DNA of 64,000 nucleotides, taken from Actinomycetes bacterium (GTDB lineage: Bacteria; Actinomycetota; Acidimicrobiia; Acidimicrobiales; Ilumatobacteraceae). This document shows positions 17,932-27,885 of the stretch, piece after piece (within the stretch, counting starts at the first letter, position 1; each line of letters begins with the position of its first letter). The notes beneath the pieces are model-generated. The model saw only the letters and a list, made by a program, of their open reading frames with translations. It was not told the DNA's origin and ran no database searches. The stretch spans positions 6,380 through 70,379 of the forward strand of contig JANXUX010000114.1 in assembly GCA_025351965.1 (NCBI GenBank). The letters are read 5' to 3'. The position numbers were made by a program, and so were the translations under genes.

Positions 17932-18852
17932 ATGGCACACGTTCTCTCCGACGAGCAGATCGAGCGGTACGACGCCGACGGCTTCCTGGTGATCGAGGGC
18001 TTCGCCGGCCCGGCTGCGTGCGCGCAGCTCCGCGCGCGAGCGGTCGACATCGTCGAGGCCTTCGACCCCGGCGAGCACCGATCGGTGTTCACCACCGACG
18101 AGCAGGAGCGCACCAGCGACCGCGAGTTCCTCGCGTCCTCGAACGGCACGTGGTGCTTCTTCGAGCAAGGGGCGTTCGACGCCGACGGCGCACTGCGTCA
18201 GGAGACAGCGCTGTCGATCAACAAGATCGGCCATGCGATGCACGACCTCGACGACGTGTTCTCGTCGTTCAGCTACACGCCCGATCTGGCCGGCGTCGCC
18301 GCCGACATCGGCCTCACCGATGCGCTCGCACTGCAGAGCATGTACATCTTCAAGCAACCGCACATCGGCGGCGAAGTCGGCTGCCACCAGGACGCCACAT
18401 TCCTGTACACCGAACCGCTGAGCGTGACCGGGTTCTGGTTCGCGATCGAGGACGCCACGCTGGACAACGGTTGTCTCTGGGCCGCGCCGGGCGGACACCG
18501 CACGGGCCTGCGCAAGGTGTTCAAGCGTCTCGGTCCGGACTTCGCTGACGACGACGCCGGCACCGAGTTCGAGGTGCTCGACACGACGCCGCTGCCGTCG
18601 CCGGCGGAGCTGGTGCCGCTCGAGGTGCGTGCCGGCACGATGGTGGTGCTGAACGGCCTGCTCCCCCACTGGAGTGACGTCAACCGATCGGCCGCCAGCC
18701 GTCACGCCTACTCGCTGCACTGCATCTCCGCAGCCGCCGAGTACCCGGCGTGGAATTGGCTGCAACGATCGGCTGAGCTGCCGCTACGGCGCCTCGATGG
18801 CCGCGACGTGTCCCACGCAACCGCTCCGCGGTCGATCGGTACGTCGGCATGA
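17932..18852 (+). CDS. PhyH-family Fe(II)/2-oxoglutarate dioxygenase
   Basis: [20 protein letters not shown] at the N terminus. The metal motif GCHQDATF is present, together with a later His. Confidence 0.8.
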   Translation: MAHVLSDEQIERYDADGFLVIEGFAGPAACAQLRARAVDIVEAFDPGEHRSVFTTDEQERTSDREFLASSNGTWCFFEQGAFDADGALRQETALSINKIGHAMHDLDDVFSSFSYTPDLAGVAADIGLTDALALQSMYIFKQPHIGGEVGCHQDATFLYTEPLSVTGFWFAIEDATLDNGCLWAAPGGHRTGLRKVFKRLGPDFADDDAGTEFEVLDTTPLPSPAELVPLEVRAGTMVVLNGLLPHWSDVNRSAASRHAYSLHCISAAAEYPAWNWLQRSAELPLRRLDGRDVSHATAPRSIGTSA

Positions 18853-19925
18853 TCCACGACCTGATCCGGCGGGCCCCGAAGGCACTGCTGCACGATCACC
18901 TCGACGGCGGCCTACGCGCCCAGACGGTCATCGAGCTCGCCGATGAGTACGGCTACACCGCGCTGCCGTCGCACGATGCCGCCGAGCTGAGCAGCTGGTT
19001 CAACCGCGGCGCCAAGCGCAACGATCTCGTGCTGTACCTGGAGACGTTTGCGCATACCTGCGGCGTCATGCAGCACCGCGACGCCATCGAGCGGGTCGCC
19101 TACGAGTGCGCAGTCGACCTCGCCGCCGACGGCGTCGTGTATGCCGAGGTCCGCTTCGCCCCCGAGCTGCACACCGAGGCCGGGCTCACCCTCGACGAGG
19201 TGATGCAGGCCGTGCTCGACGGCTTCGCACGCGGCTCGGCCGGAACCGACCTGTCGATCTATGCGATCTGCTCGGCGATGCGCACCGCCGCCCGTTCATT
19301 GGCGATCGCCGAGCTGGCCGTGCAGTGGCGCGACCGCGGTGTGGTCGGCTTCGACATCGCCGGCGCCGAGGCCGGCTATCCCCCAACGCGGCACCTCGAT
19401 GCGTTCCAGCACGTCCAGCGCGAGAACTTCCACTCCACCATCCATGCCGGCGAGGCCTTCGGTCTGCCCTCGATCTGGGAGGCCGTGCAGTGGTGCGGCG
19501 GCGAGCGACTCGGCCATGGCGTGCGAATCGTCGACGACATCACCGGCTCGACCGGCGACGAGTCACTCGGTCGACTGGCTGCGTACATCCGCGACCGGCG
19601 GATCCCGCTCGAGCTGTGCCCGACCTCGAACGTCGGCACGGGTGTCTGCGCGTCAATCGCCGACCACCCGATCGGGATGCTCCGTCGGCTCCGTTTCCGC
19701 GTCACCGTCAACACCGACAACCGGCTGATGAGCGACACCTCCATGTCGAAGGAGATGATCCAGCTCAACGAGGCGTTCGGCTGGGGCCTCGAGGACTTCG
19801 AATGGATGACCATCAACGCGATGAAGAGCGCCTTCGCCCCGTTCCCGGAGCGCCTGCGGATCATCAACGGCCTGATCAAACCCCGCTATGCGCTCCTACG
19901 CGCCGACCAGACCCTCGGCGCCTGA
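18849..19925 (+). CDS. add: adenosine deaminase
   Basis: [14 protein letters not shown] and [10 protein letters not shown] motifs. ATGA overlap with the dioxygenase gene. Confidence 0.9.
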   Translation: MIHDLIRRAPKALLHDHLDGGLRAQTVIELADEYGYTALPSHDAAELSSWFNRGAKRNDLVLYLETFAHTCGVMQHRDAIERVAYECAVDLAADGVVYAEVRFAPELHTEAGLTLDEVMQAVLDGFARGSAGTDLSIYAICSAMRTAARSLAIAELAVQWRDRGVVGFDIAGAEAGYPPTRHLDAFQHVQRENFHSTIHAGEAFGLPSIWEAVQWCGGERLGHGVRIVDDITGSTGDESLGRLAAYIRDRRIPLELCPTSNVGTGVCASIADHPIGMLRRLRFRVTVNTDNRLMSDTSMSKEMIQLNEAFGWGLEDFEWMTINAMKSAFAPFPERLRIINGLIKPRYALLRADQTLGA

Positions 19926-19967
19926 CGCTCTTTCCGGGCGCGACCGTCGACCTGCCAAGATGGGCAG

Positions 19968-20600
19968 ATGCCGGTCATCGTCCACCTCGTCGAACATCCC
20001 CTGGCTGCGGCCTCGCTGGCCAAGGTCCGTGATCTCGACACCCCGAACGCGATGTTCCGCCAGGAACTCGAGCGGATCGGTACCCTGCTGCTCGTCGAGG
20101 CCACGCGTCACTTGCCGACCCACGAGATCGAGGTCCAGACGCCACTGGTGCTGACGACCGGGCGAACGCTGAGCACGCAGCCCATCGTGGTCCCGGTGCT
20201 GCGCGCCGGACTCGGGTTCCTCAACGCCGCCCAGGTGCTGCTTCCGACGGCGGATGTCGGCTTCATCGGCATCAGCCGCGACGAGGAGACGTTCGAGCCC
20301 AAGCCGTACGTCAACAAGCTGCCCGAGTCGTTCGAGAACCGGGTCTGCATCGTGCTCGACCCGATGCTCGCCACTGGCGGCTCCCTCGCCCACACCTGCA
20401 AGCTGCTGGTCGAGGCCGGGGCAACCGGCCCGATCATCGTCGTCTGCGCGCTCGCGGCTCCCGAGGGCCTGCAATTCCTGCAGGAGACCGATCTCGACCT
20501 GATCATCTACACGGCCTCGATCGACGAGCGGCTGAACGAGAACGCCTACATCGTTCCAGGCCTCGGCGACGCCGGCGACCGCCAGTTCGGCGCCGCCTGA
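19968..20600 (+). CDS. upp: uracil phosphoribosyltransferase
   Basis: 210-aa product with VLDPMLATGGS (PRPP loop) and the C-terminal YIVPGLGDAGDR motif. Confidence 0.9.
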   Translation: MPVIVHLVEHPLAAASLAKVRDLDTPNAMFRQELERIGTLLLVEATRHLPTHEIEVQTPLVLTTGRTLSTQPIVVPVLRAGLGFLNAAQVLLPTADVGFIGISRDEETFEPKPYVNKLPESFENRVCIVLDPMLATGGSLAHTCKLLVEAGATGPIIVVCALAAPEGLQFLQETDLDLIIYTASIDERLNENAYIVPGLGDAGDRQFGAA

Positions 20601-20608
20601 CCCCACGG

Positions 20609-20705
20609 AACTCGGTTCCGCGAAGGTTCCGGCCCCTCAGAACTCGGTTCCGCGAAGGTTCCGGCCCCTCTGAGCGCGACTTCTCCTGCGAACAGTTGCA
20701 AGCGC
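20609..20705. repeat. 32-bp tandem duplication (20609-20640, 20641-20672) whose second copy extends into the 65-bp left inverted repeat (20641-20705)
   Basis: aactcggttccgcgaaggttccggcccctc occurs twice in tandem. Positions 20641-20705 are the reverse complement of 21664-21728 at about 60 of 65 positions (manual alignment). Confidence 0.85.
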
Positions 20706-20749
20706 GCCGACATTTTCCATGAACGGGATGTCGAAGCACTCAGTGGAGT

Positions 20750-21700
20750 GTGATTCTCAGCCCTGCGGTGCTCCATCTTCTCGGCCGTCAGCATGGCCTC
20801 GCCACCCACGAGCAGCTGTACGAGCACCTGAGCTGGCGACAGGTGAAGCGCGCGGTCGATCTCGAACTGCTCGTGCCGGAGCTCCCCAAAGTGAAGCGCC
20901 TCGCCGGTGTGCAGACCACCCCGGCACTGCAGGTGATGGCGCTCAGCCTGTACGCCGGATCGACGGGCTTCGTCGGCGGGTACACGGCAGCGCGTGAGCA
21001 CGGCGTCACATGCGTGCCCTACGAAGTGTTCGAGGTGATGATCAACGAGGTCCGCGCACCACAGTTGCCGGAGTGGGCGACGGTGACGAGAACGGGATGG
21101 CGGCTGGCGATGGATCGCCGCGAGCTCGCCGACGGTCGGGTGGTTTCGTCACCACTACGCACCCTCTTCCGCTGCGGGGCCATCTGTAGCGACGTCCGCT
21201 TCGAGAAGATCGCCGAGCAGATGTGGCATCGTGAACTGATCACGCCTGCAGAGGCGGCCGAGTACCTGCGCGACGTGCGACGCAGCGGACGCACGGGTGT
21301 CGCCCGATTCGAACGCTGGCTGGAACAGGCGATCGAACGGCCACGCGCGACCCAGAGCGGGCTGGAGGTCGATCTCGCCGTCGCGCTGCAGACGCTCGGA
21401 CTGCCGACGCCGGAGCGTCAGTTCGCGCTCACCCTCGGCAACGCGGAGGTGATTCACCTCGATCTCTCCTGGCCGAAGATCCGGCTCGGCGTCGAACCGG
21501 GTGACAACTGGTGGCACGCTGGGAACAACGGGACTCGGAGGGACCGCCAACGCGATCGCGCATGCGACGAGATCGGCTGGCACATCCTGCGATTCGACGA
21601 GGTGGAGCTGCGCGACGTGATGGCGTGCGCGCGTCAGGTCGCCGTGATCCATCGCAAACGGTCGCGCTTGCAACAGTTCGCAGGAAAAGTCGCGCCCTGA
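20750..21700 (+). CDS. DUF559-type (Vsr-like endonuclease fold) domain protein with AbiEi-like N-terminal region
   Basis: The C-terminal region DLSWPKIRLGVEPGDNWWH ... RDRACDEIGWHILRF resembles actinobacterial DUF559 proteins. GTG start with a poor RBS. The last 12 codons lie inside the right inverted repeat. Confidence 0.6.
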   Translation: MILSPAVLHLLGRQHGLATHEQLYEHLSWRQVKRAVDLELLVPELPKVKRLAGVQTTPALQVMALSLYAGSTGFVGGYTAAREHGVTCVPYEVFEVMINEVRAPQLPEWATVTRTGWRLAMDRRELADGRVVSSPLRTLFRCGAICSDVRFEKIAEQMWHRELITPAEAAEYLRDVRRSGRTGVARFERWLEQAIERPRATQSGLEVDLAVALQTLGLPTPERQFALTLGNAEVIHLDLSWPKIRLGVEPGDNWWHAGNNGTRRDRQRDRACDEIGWHILRFDEVELRDVMACARQVAVIHRKRSRLQQFAGKVAP

Positions 21701-21728
21701 GGGGCCGGGACCTTCGCGGAACCGAGTT
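21664..21728. repeat. 65-bp right inverted repeat
   Basis: Reverse complement of 20641-20705 with about 5 mismatches. Confidence 0.85.
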
Positions 21729-21752
21729 GTGGCGACGTTGGCCCGTCGCCAC
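21729..21752. terminator. 9-bp perfect hairpin GTGGCGACG-TTGGCC-CGTCGCCAC between convergent genes
   Basis: Read directly from the sequence. It lies between the DUF559 gene stop and the mutase stop. There is no clear U-tract. Confidence 0.4.
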
Positions 21753-21780
21753 CTTGACGACGTCGAGCGGCGGATGGTGC

Positions 21781-23439
21781 TCAGAGCAGGTTGGCGAGCG
21801 CGCCGAGCAACGGCGCAGGATCGCTGCCGATCGCCTCGCCGTAGAGCTTGACCTTCGGCTCGGTACCGCTCGGGCGGATCTGGAGGCGGATCTCGCCGAG
21901 CCAGAGCCGCAGCAGCCCTGCCTCCTCGTACCACTCGACACCCGTCACGGCGTGGCCGCCGACCTCGGTCGGGGGCAGGGCACGCAGCGCGGCGACCTTG
22001 GCTGCTGCGTCGACGGGATCGAGGCGGATCGACAGTTCGGCGGTGACGTGCCGGCCGAACCGGGTCGCCAGCGCATCGAGGCGGTCCTGCAACGTGAGAC
22101 CTTCGGCGGCAGCGAGCGCGGCAACTTCGGCCAGCAGCACCGCTGCGGTGATGCCGTCCTTGTCGAGCGGCTGCTGGCAGACGAGATACCCCAGCGCCTG
22201 CTCGTACCCGAACACGAAGCGCAGCTCGGGATGGTCGAGCGCGGTGCGGCCGATCCACTTGAATCCGGTGAAGGTCTCGGCGAAGTGCACGTTGTGGAAG
22301 GCGGCGAGCCGACCGAGCAGCGACGACGAGACGAGCGTGGTCACGACGAAGCGGTCGTCACCGGTCGTGTGGCGCAAAATGTGGTCGCCGAGCAGCCAGC
22401 CGATCTCGTCGCCGGTGAGCCGGCGCCAACCACCGGCCGGCGTGGGGATGGCGGCACCGAGCCGGTCCGCGTCGGGGTCGTTGGCGATCGCGAGGACCGC
22501 GCCGGTCTCGGCGGCACGGGCGAGGAGCAGGTCCATTGCTCCGGGTTCCTCCGGGTTCGGGAACGACACGGTCGGGAACGAACCGTCGGGTTCCTGCTGG
22601 GCGATCGTGACGAACGGCTCAGGGAACCCCGCGCGCTCGAACGCAGCGAGCAACGTCGCCCCGCCGACACCGTGCATCGCGGTGTACGCAACGGGCACGC
22701 CGGTCAGCTCCGGACGCAGCCGTGCTGCCGGCACGGCGAGCAGGTATTGGAACAGCGGCGACCCGTCGAGGCGCACGATCAGCGGATCATCGGGAGCGGA
22801 CAACGGCACCGTGCACGGATCGAACTCGTCGATGCACGCGGCGATACCGATGTCGTGGGGCGGCACGATCTGCGCACCGTCGCCGAGGAAGACCTTGTAT
22901 CCGTTGTCGGCCGGCGGGTTGTGGCTCGCTGTCACGACGACACCGGCGACGGCGTCGTACTCACGGATGTTCCACGCCAGCACCGGCGTCGGCAGCGCCG
23001 AGGGCAAGATCAGCGCTCGGATGCCCATCGCAGCCAGCACCTGGGCGGTGTCCTGGGCGAAGTCGTTGCTCTTGCGGCGGGCATCGAAGCCGATGATGAT
23101 GCCGCGCTCGGCGGCGTCGGGCCAGTGGGCGAGCACGTACCGGCCGAGTCCGGCAGCAGCCTGACGCACGACCAGACGGTTCATCCGCAGCGGACCGGCA
23201 CCCATCTCGCCGCGCAGGCCAGCCGTGCCGAACTGCAGCCGTCCGTCGAAACGGGCGACGAGGACACTGTGCGCACCGTGGGCCGCGTCCTCGATCAGCT
23301 CGGCGAGCTCGTCTCGCACATCGTCGTCGGGTTCGGCCCCGAGCCACGCCCGGGCCCGCAACGCGACCTCTGCGTACGCCGAGTCGATCACCTCACCGCT
23401 GAGATCCACCTCGCGGTCGGAGCCTGACGGCTCACTCAT
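21781..23439 (-). CDS. alpha-D-phosphohexomutase superfamily phospho-sugar mutase (PGM2/PgcA-like)
   Basis: GTAGLRG, the active-site TASHNPPADNGYK, and the Mg loop DPDADR. The real start is ATG 23439; the longer 810-aa ORF is an upstream extension. Confidence 0.85.
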   Translation of the reverse strand: MSEPSGSDREVDLSGEVIDSAYAEVALRARAWLGAEPDDDVRDELAELIEDAAHGAHSVLVARFDGRLQFGTAGLRGEMGAGPLRMNRLVVRQAAAGLGRYVLAHWPDAAERGIIIGFDARRKSNDFAQDTAQVLAAMGIRALILPSALPTPVLAWNIREYDAVAGVVVTASHNPPADNGYKVFLGDGAQIVPPHDIGIAACIDEFDPCTVPLSAPDDPLIVRLDGSPLFQYLLAVPAARLRPELTGVPVAYTAMHGVGGATLLAAFERAGFPEPFVTIAQQEPDGSFPTVSFPNPEEPGAMDLLLARAAETGAVLAIANDPDADRLGAAIPTPAGGWRRLTGDEIGWLLGDHILRHTTGDDRFVVTTLVSSSLLGRLAAFHNVHFAETFTGFKWIGRTALDHPELRFVFGYEQALGYLVCQQPLDKDGITAAVLLAEVAALAAAEGLTLQDRLDALATRFGRHVTAELSIRLDPVDAAAKVAALRALPPTEVGGHAVTGVEWYEEAGLLRLWLGEIRLQIRPSGTEPKVKLYGEAIGSDPAPLLGALANLL

Positions 23440-24440
23440 ACGAGCTTGCGCAGATCGACGAGCGGGCGGGCGCCGACGTGGGAGATCACCTCGGCGGCAG
23501 CGATCGAGCCGAGCCGGCCGCACTCGGGCAGCGACATCCCGTTGGTGTAGCCGTAGAGGAACCCGGAGGCGAACAGGTCGCCGGCGCCCGTCGTGTCGAG
23601 CACCCGTTCGACGGGTTCGGCGGGGACGCTGACGACGCCGTCGCCGGTCACGATGACCGAACCGGACGCGCCGCGGGTGATGACGGCGAGGGCGCAGTCG
23701 GAACGGACCATCGCAACCGCCTCGTCGAAGTCCGTGACCTCGTACAGCGAGGTCAGCTCGTCTTCGTTGCCGAACAGGATGTCGACCTCGTCCGCGACGA
23801 GGGCACGGAAGTCGGACCGGTGACGATCGACGCAGAACGAGTCGCTCAGCGTCAGCGAGACCTCGCGACCATGTGCGTGTGCGATGCGCGCCGCAGTGCG
23901 GAACGCCTCCTTGGCCTCGTCGCGATCGAAGAGGTAGCCCTCCATGTAGAGCACCTTTCCGGCGGCCACCGTGGCGGCATCGATGTCGGGCGCACACAGC
24001 AGCGACGAGACACCGAGATAGGTGTTCATCGTGCGCTCCGCGTCGGGGGTGACCACGATGATGCATCGTCCGGTCGGCGTGTCGTTCTCCGGCCCACCGG
24101 GTCGGAACGTGATGCCGACGGCGCGCAGGTCGTGGCCGAACACCTGACCGAGGTCGTCGTCGCAGACCTTGCCGATGTAGGCCGCCCGACCGCCGAAGGA
24201 GGCGACGCCACACATCGTGTTCGCCGCCGACCCACCGCTCATCTCGACCGCCGAGCCGAGGGCCTTGTACAGCGACACGGCGCGCTCGGTCTCGATCAGC
24301 GTCATCGAGCCCTTGACCAGCGCCTCGCGCGCGATGAAGTCCTCGTTCGCATGGGCGATCACGTCGACCAGGGCGTTGCCGATGCCGACGACATCGAACT
24401 CGGCCGGTTCGGCGGCGGCTGGGACGGTTGGGTCAGGCAC
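23436..24440 (-). CDS. PfkB-family adenosine kinase
   Basis: GIGNALVD, GGSAANT and the C-terminal DTTGAGDLFASGFLYG motif. GTG start at 24440. 4-nt overlap with the downstream mutase gene. Confidence 0.8.
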   Translation of the reverse strand: MPDPTVPAAAEPAEFDVVGIGNALVDVIAHANEDFIAREALVKGSMTLIETERAVSLYKALGSAVEMSGGSAANTMCGVASFGGRAAYIGKVCDDDLGQVFGHDLRAVGITFRPGGPENDTPTGRCIIVVTPDAERTMNTYLGVSSLLCAPDIDAATVAAGKVLYMEGYLFDRDEAKEAFRTAARIAHAHGREVSLTLSDSFCVDRHRSDFRALVADEVDILFGNEDELTSLYEVTDFDEAVAMVRSDCALAVITRGASGSVIVTGDGVVSVPAEPVERVLDTTGAGDLFASGFLYGYTNGMSLPECGRLGSIAAAEVISHVGARPLVDLRKLV

Positions 24441-24533
24441 GTGTGGTGACGCTAGCGGACGCACCAACCGGCGCGACCGATCGACGCGCCGTTCGGGAAT
24501 GGTGGCCTTACCGGCCGGTAACCGTCGAGAACT

Positions 24534-27071
24534 ATGATGCACACCATGGACTTGGACCCCTATCGACTCCCCCGATCGGTGCTGCCCCGGCACTACGACG
24601 TCACCCTCGATCCCGAACTCGCTGCGGGCACCTTCACCGGCACGGTCTCGATCACCGTCGATGTCGTCTATGCGGTCGACCGGATCGTGGTCAACGCGAT
24701 CGAGCTCGACATCCGGACCGTCACAGTGGACGGCTTGGCCGCAGGGTTCCACCTCGACGAGGAGACCGAACGGCTCGTCATCGACTACGCATCTGGCGCC
24801 GGTCCGGCGCGCATCGACATCGCGTTCGCTGGGCTCCTCAACGACAAGCTGCGCGGCTTCTACCGCAGCACCTATCGCGACGACGACGGTGTCGAGCACG
24901 TCATCGCCTGCTCGCAGATGCAGGCCACGGACTGCCGGCGCGCGTTCCCGTGCTTCGACGAACCCGACTTCAAGGCCACGTTCGGCATCACCCTCGTCGT
25001 CGACGACGCGATGTTGGCCGTCTCCAACGGTCCCGAGGACCGCCGCACCGTCCGCGACGACGGGCGCATCGCCGTCGCGTTCCAGGACACGATGGTGATG
25101 AGCACGTACCTCGTCGCCGTCATCGTCGGTCGCCTGGAGGCCACCGATCCGGTGGACGTCGGCGGCACGCCGCTGCGCATCATCCACGTCCCCGGCAAGG
25201 GCCACCTCACCCAGTTCGGCCTCGCTGTCGGCGCGGCGAGCTTGGGCTGGTTCCAGGACTACTACGACATTCCCTACCCCGGCCAGAAGGTCGACATGGT
25301 CGCGCTGCCCGACTTCGCCGCCGGCGCGATGGAGAACCTCGGGTGCATCACCTACCGCGAGTCGCTGTTGCTCGTCGATCCCGACACGAGCACGCTGTTC
25401 GAGCAGCAGGTCGTCGCCGACGTCGTCAGCCACGAGTTGGCCCATATGTGGTTCGGCGACCTCGTGACCATGCGCTGGTGGAACGGCATCTGGTTGAACG
25501 AGGCGTTCGCAACGTTCATGGAAGTCATGGCGGTCGAGGCCTTCCGTCCCGACTGGAAGCGCTGGACCAGCTTCAGCCTCGAGCGCACCGACGCCTTCGA
25601 GGTCGATTCGCTCGCCGCCACCCGCACCGTCGAGTTCCCCGTGCACGCCCCGTCCGATTGCGAGGGCATGTTCGACGTGCTCACCTACCAGAAGGGCGGC
25701 GCGCTGCTGCGCATGCTGCAGCAGTACATCGGCGAGGAACGCTTCCGCCAGGGCGTGAACAACTACCTGCGCACGCACAGCTACGCGAACACCGAGACCG
25801 GCGACCTCTGGGACGGGATCGAGGCCGTGACCACTGCCGATGGAGGTGACGAGCCCGTCCGCGAGCTGATGGACAGCTGGATCTGGCAGCCCGGCTTCCC
25901 GCTCGTGTCCGCTTCGGTTGTCGGTGACGATCTGTTGCTGCGCCAGGAGCGCTTCGGCTTCGGCGCCGAGCCGATCGACGCGACCGTCTTCATCGTTCCC
26001 GTCAGCATCCGCGTCGGCGACGTGCTGCACACCGTCCTGCTCGACACCGCCGAAGCATCGGTGCCGCTCGATGGCGCGACCGCAGCGGTCGTGGTCAACG
26101 CCGGGGGCCACGGGTTCTTCCGCGTCGCCTACGACGACACGCTCCGCTCACGCCTCGGCACCGACGCCCTCGCCACGCTGAACACAGTCGAGCGCTACAA
26201 CCTCGTCGACGACGCGAGTGCGGCGTTCGTGGCCGGCCGGCTCTCCGCCGCAGCGCTACTCGCGTTCCTCGAAGGGTTCTCGGCCGAGCGCGAGTTGGCC
26301 GTCTGGCAGGCCATCACCGCCTCGCTGAACCGGCTCAGCCGATTGCTCGTCGGCGACGCCCGCCCACCGTTCCAGACCCGGGTCGCGGCGCTCGTCGCTC
26401 CGGCCCTGGCGACGCTCGGATGGGATCCGGCCGACGGCGAGGACGATCTCGTCGGCAAGCTGCGCGGTCTGCTCGTGTCGACCAGCGCTGTGCTCGGTGG
26501 CGACCTCGACGCCCGCGACCGATGCCGGAGCATCCTCGCCGGCGACCTCGCCGACGCCGACCCAGAGCTTGTGTCTGCGGCGACCACAGTGGTCGCCGCG
26601 TACGGCAACCAAGCCGACTTCGACCGGTTCGTCGAGGGGTTCAGGTCGTCACCGAATCCGCAGGAGCAGTTGCGCAACCTCTATGCGCTCGCCGAGTTCG
26701 ACGACGCCGACCTCGTCCGTCAGGCCTGCGAGTTCGCCTTCTCCGGCGACGTCCGCACCCAGAACGCGCCGTATCTCCTGCAGCGCTGCATCGCCAACCG
26801 CGCCCACGGCGCAGTGGCATGGAAGCTCGTGCGCTCGAGCTGGGAGGTCGCCAACGCGACGTTCCCGAACCCCTCGATCATCCGGATGATCGATTCGGTG
26901 AAGACGCTCAACACACCGGAGGCTGTCGCCGACGTCCAGGGGTTCTTCGCCGAGCACCCGATCAAGCAGAGTCTGACGACCCTCGCCCAGGTCCTGGAAC
27001 GCCAGCGGGTCAACGCCGACGTCCGCAGCCGCGAGTCGGACACGTTCACCAAATCACTGCTGGCCGACTGA
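24534..27071 (+). CDS. pepN: aminopeptidase N (M1 family)
   Basis: GAMEN exopeptidase motif and the HELAHMWFGDLVTMRWWNGIWLNEAF zinc motif. Confidence 0.9.
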   Translation: MMHTMDLDPYRLPRSVLPRHYDVTLDPELAAGTFTGTVSITVDVVYAVDRIVVNAIELDIRTVTVDGLAAGFHLDEETERLVIDYASGAGPARIDIAFAGLLNDKLRGFYRSTYRDDDGVEHVIACSQMQATDCRRAFPCFDEPDFKATFGITLVVDDAMLAVSNGPEDRRTVRDDGRIAVAFQDTMVMSTYLVAVIVGRLEATDPVDVGGTPLRIIHVPGKGHLTQFGLAVGAASLGWFQDYYDIPYPGQKVDMVALPDFAAGAMENLGCITYRESLLLVDPDTSTLFEQQVVADVVSHELAHMWFGDLVTMRWWNGIWLNEAFATFMEVMAVEAFRPDWKRWTSFSLERTDAFEVDSLAATRTVEFPVHAPSDCEGMFDVLTYQKGGALLRMLQQYIGEERFRQGVNNYLRTHSYANTETGDLWDGIEAVTTADGGDEPVRELMDSWIWQPGFPLVSASVVGDDLLLRQERFGFGAEPIDATVFIVPVSIRVGDVLHTVLLDTAEASVPLDGATAAVVVNAGGHGFFRVAYDDTLRSRLGTDALATLNTVERYNLVDDASAAFVAGRLSAAALLAFLEGFSAERELAVWQAITASLNRLSRLLVGDARPPFQTRVAALVAPALATLGWDPADGEDDLVGKLRGLLVSTSAVLGGDLDARDRCRSILAGDLADADPELVSAATTVVAAYGNQADFDRFVEGFRSSPNPQEQLRNLYALAEFDDADLVRQACEFAFSGDVRTQNAPYLLQRCIANRAHGAVAWKLVRSSWEVANATFPNPSIIRMIDSVKTLNTPEAVADVQGFFAEHPIKQSLTTLAQVLERQRVNADVRSRESDTFTKSLLAD

Positions 27072-27161
27072 TCGGGTCCGGGACGCGCCTGGCACCGGTC
27101 CGGGCGGGCCGTTAGGGTATTCCGCTGCGGACGGATCGTCAGGGATCCAGAGGGTGCTGCC

Positions 27162-27812
27162 ATGCCGAACAACCGATCCACGCTCCGGACGCGTCTCGGG
27201 GCCGTCGCCTTCTGCGTTGTCCTCGCGCCGATCGTGACCTGGGCGACGACCAACGCTGACGGCTCCGCCGGACCAGTCGAGGTCCTCAACGCGAGCAGTG
27301 CTGTCGCCCAACCAGCCGCAGCGACGCAGCAGGCCAAGCGGCTGATGATCAACTCGACGAAGCCGATCTTCCCGATGCAGCCCGAACCGACCTGCTACAT
27401 CCTCGACAACTTCTCCGATGCCCGCTCCGGCGGGCGCATCCACGAGGGAACGGACATCCTCGCCGACCGCGATCAGGCGACGTACCACCAGGAGGTGTAC
27501 GCGGTCGTCGACGGCACGCTCTCGAACCAGGTGATCAACGGCCAGGCGAACTCGTCGCTGTCCGGCAACTCATGGCGTCTCACCACGTCGGGTTCCAAGA
27601 CGTACTACGCGTACATGCACCTCGCCCGGTTCGCCGAGGGCTTGAGCAATGGGTCGTTCGTCAGTCAGGGTCAACTGCTCGGCTACGTCGGCGACACCGG
27701 CAACCCCGGACCGGGCAACTACCACCTCCACTTCGAGGTCCACCCCAACGGCGCAGCTGCCGTCAACGCGCTCACCGTCTTGACCATCCCGCCAGGCTGC
27801 ACGGTCCACTGA
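27162..27812 (+). CDS. secreted M23 family metallopeptidase
   Basis: Signal peptide, HEGTDI, and GDTGNPGPGNYHLHFEV. Confidence 0.85.
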   Translation: MPNNRSTLRTRLGAVAFCVVLAPIVTWATTNADGSAGPVEVLNASSAVAQPAAATQQAKRLMINSTKPIFPMQPEPTCYILDNFSDARSGGRIHEGTDILADRDQATYHQEVYAVVDGTLSNQVINGQANSSLSGNSWRLTTSGSKTYYAYMHLARFAEGLSNGSFVSQGQLLGYVGDTGNPGPGNYHLHFEVHPNGAAAVNALTVLTIPPGCTVH

Positions 27813-27885
27813 CCCTCTCTCACCCAACGAGAATGATCCGGATGCTGGAAAGACGGCACGATCGTGACGGGATAGGCTCGCGAAC

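Noticed and set aside
20546-21001. 151-aa minus-strand ORF overlapping the left repeat and the DUF559 gene start
   Set aside because: It runs antisense to the DUF559 gene and has no motifs. Its only informative part is the repeat-encoded tail, which I interpret as a relic or repeat sequence (see the first finding).
23436-26111. 891-aa ORF that looks like a giant kinase fusion
   Set aside because: Only the C-terminal 334 residues (from GTG 24440) look like a PfkB kinase. The upstream part runs antisense to pepN and has an artefact-like composition. The same reasoning applies to the 810-aa ORF at 21781-24213, the 551-aa ORF at 7053-8708 and the 561-aa ORF at 35847-37532.
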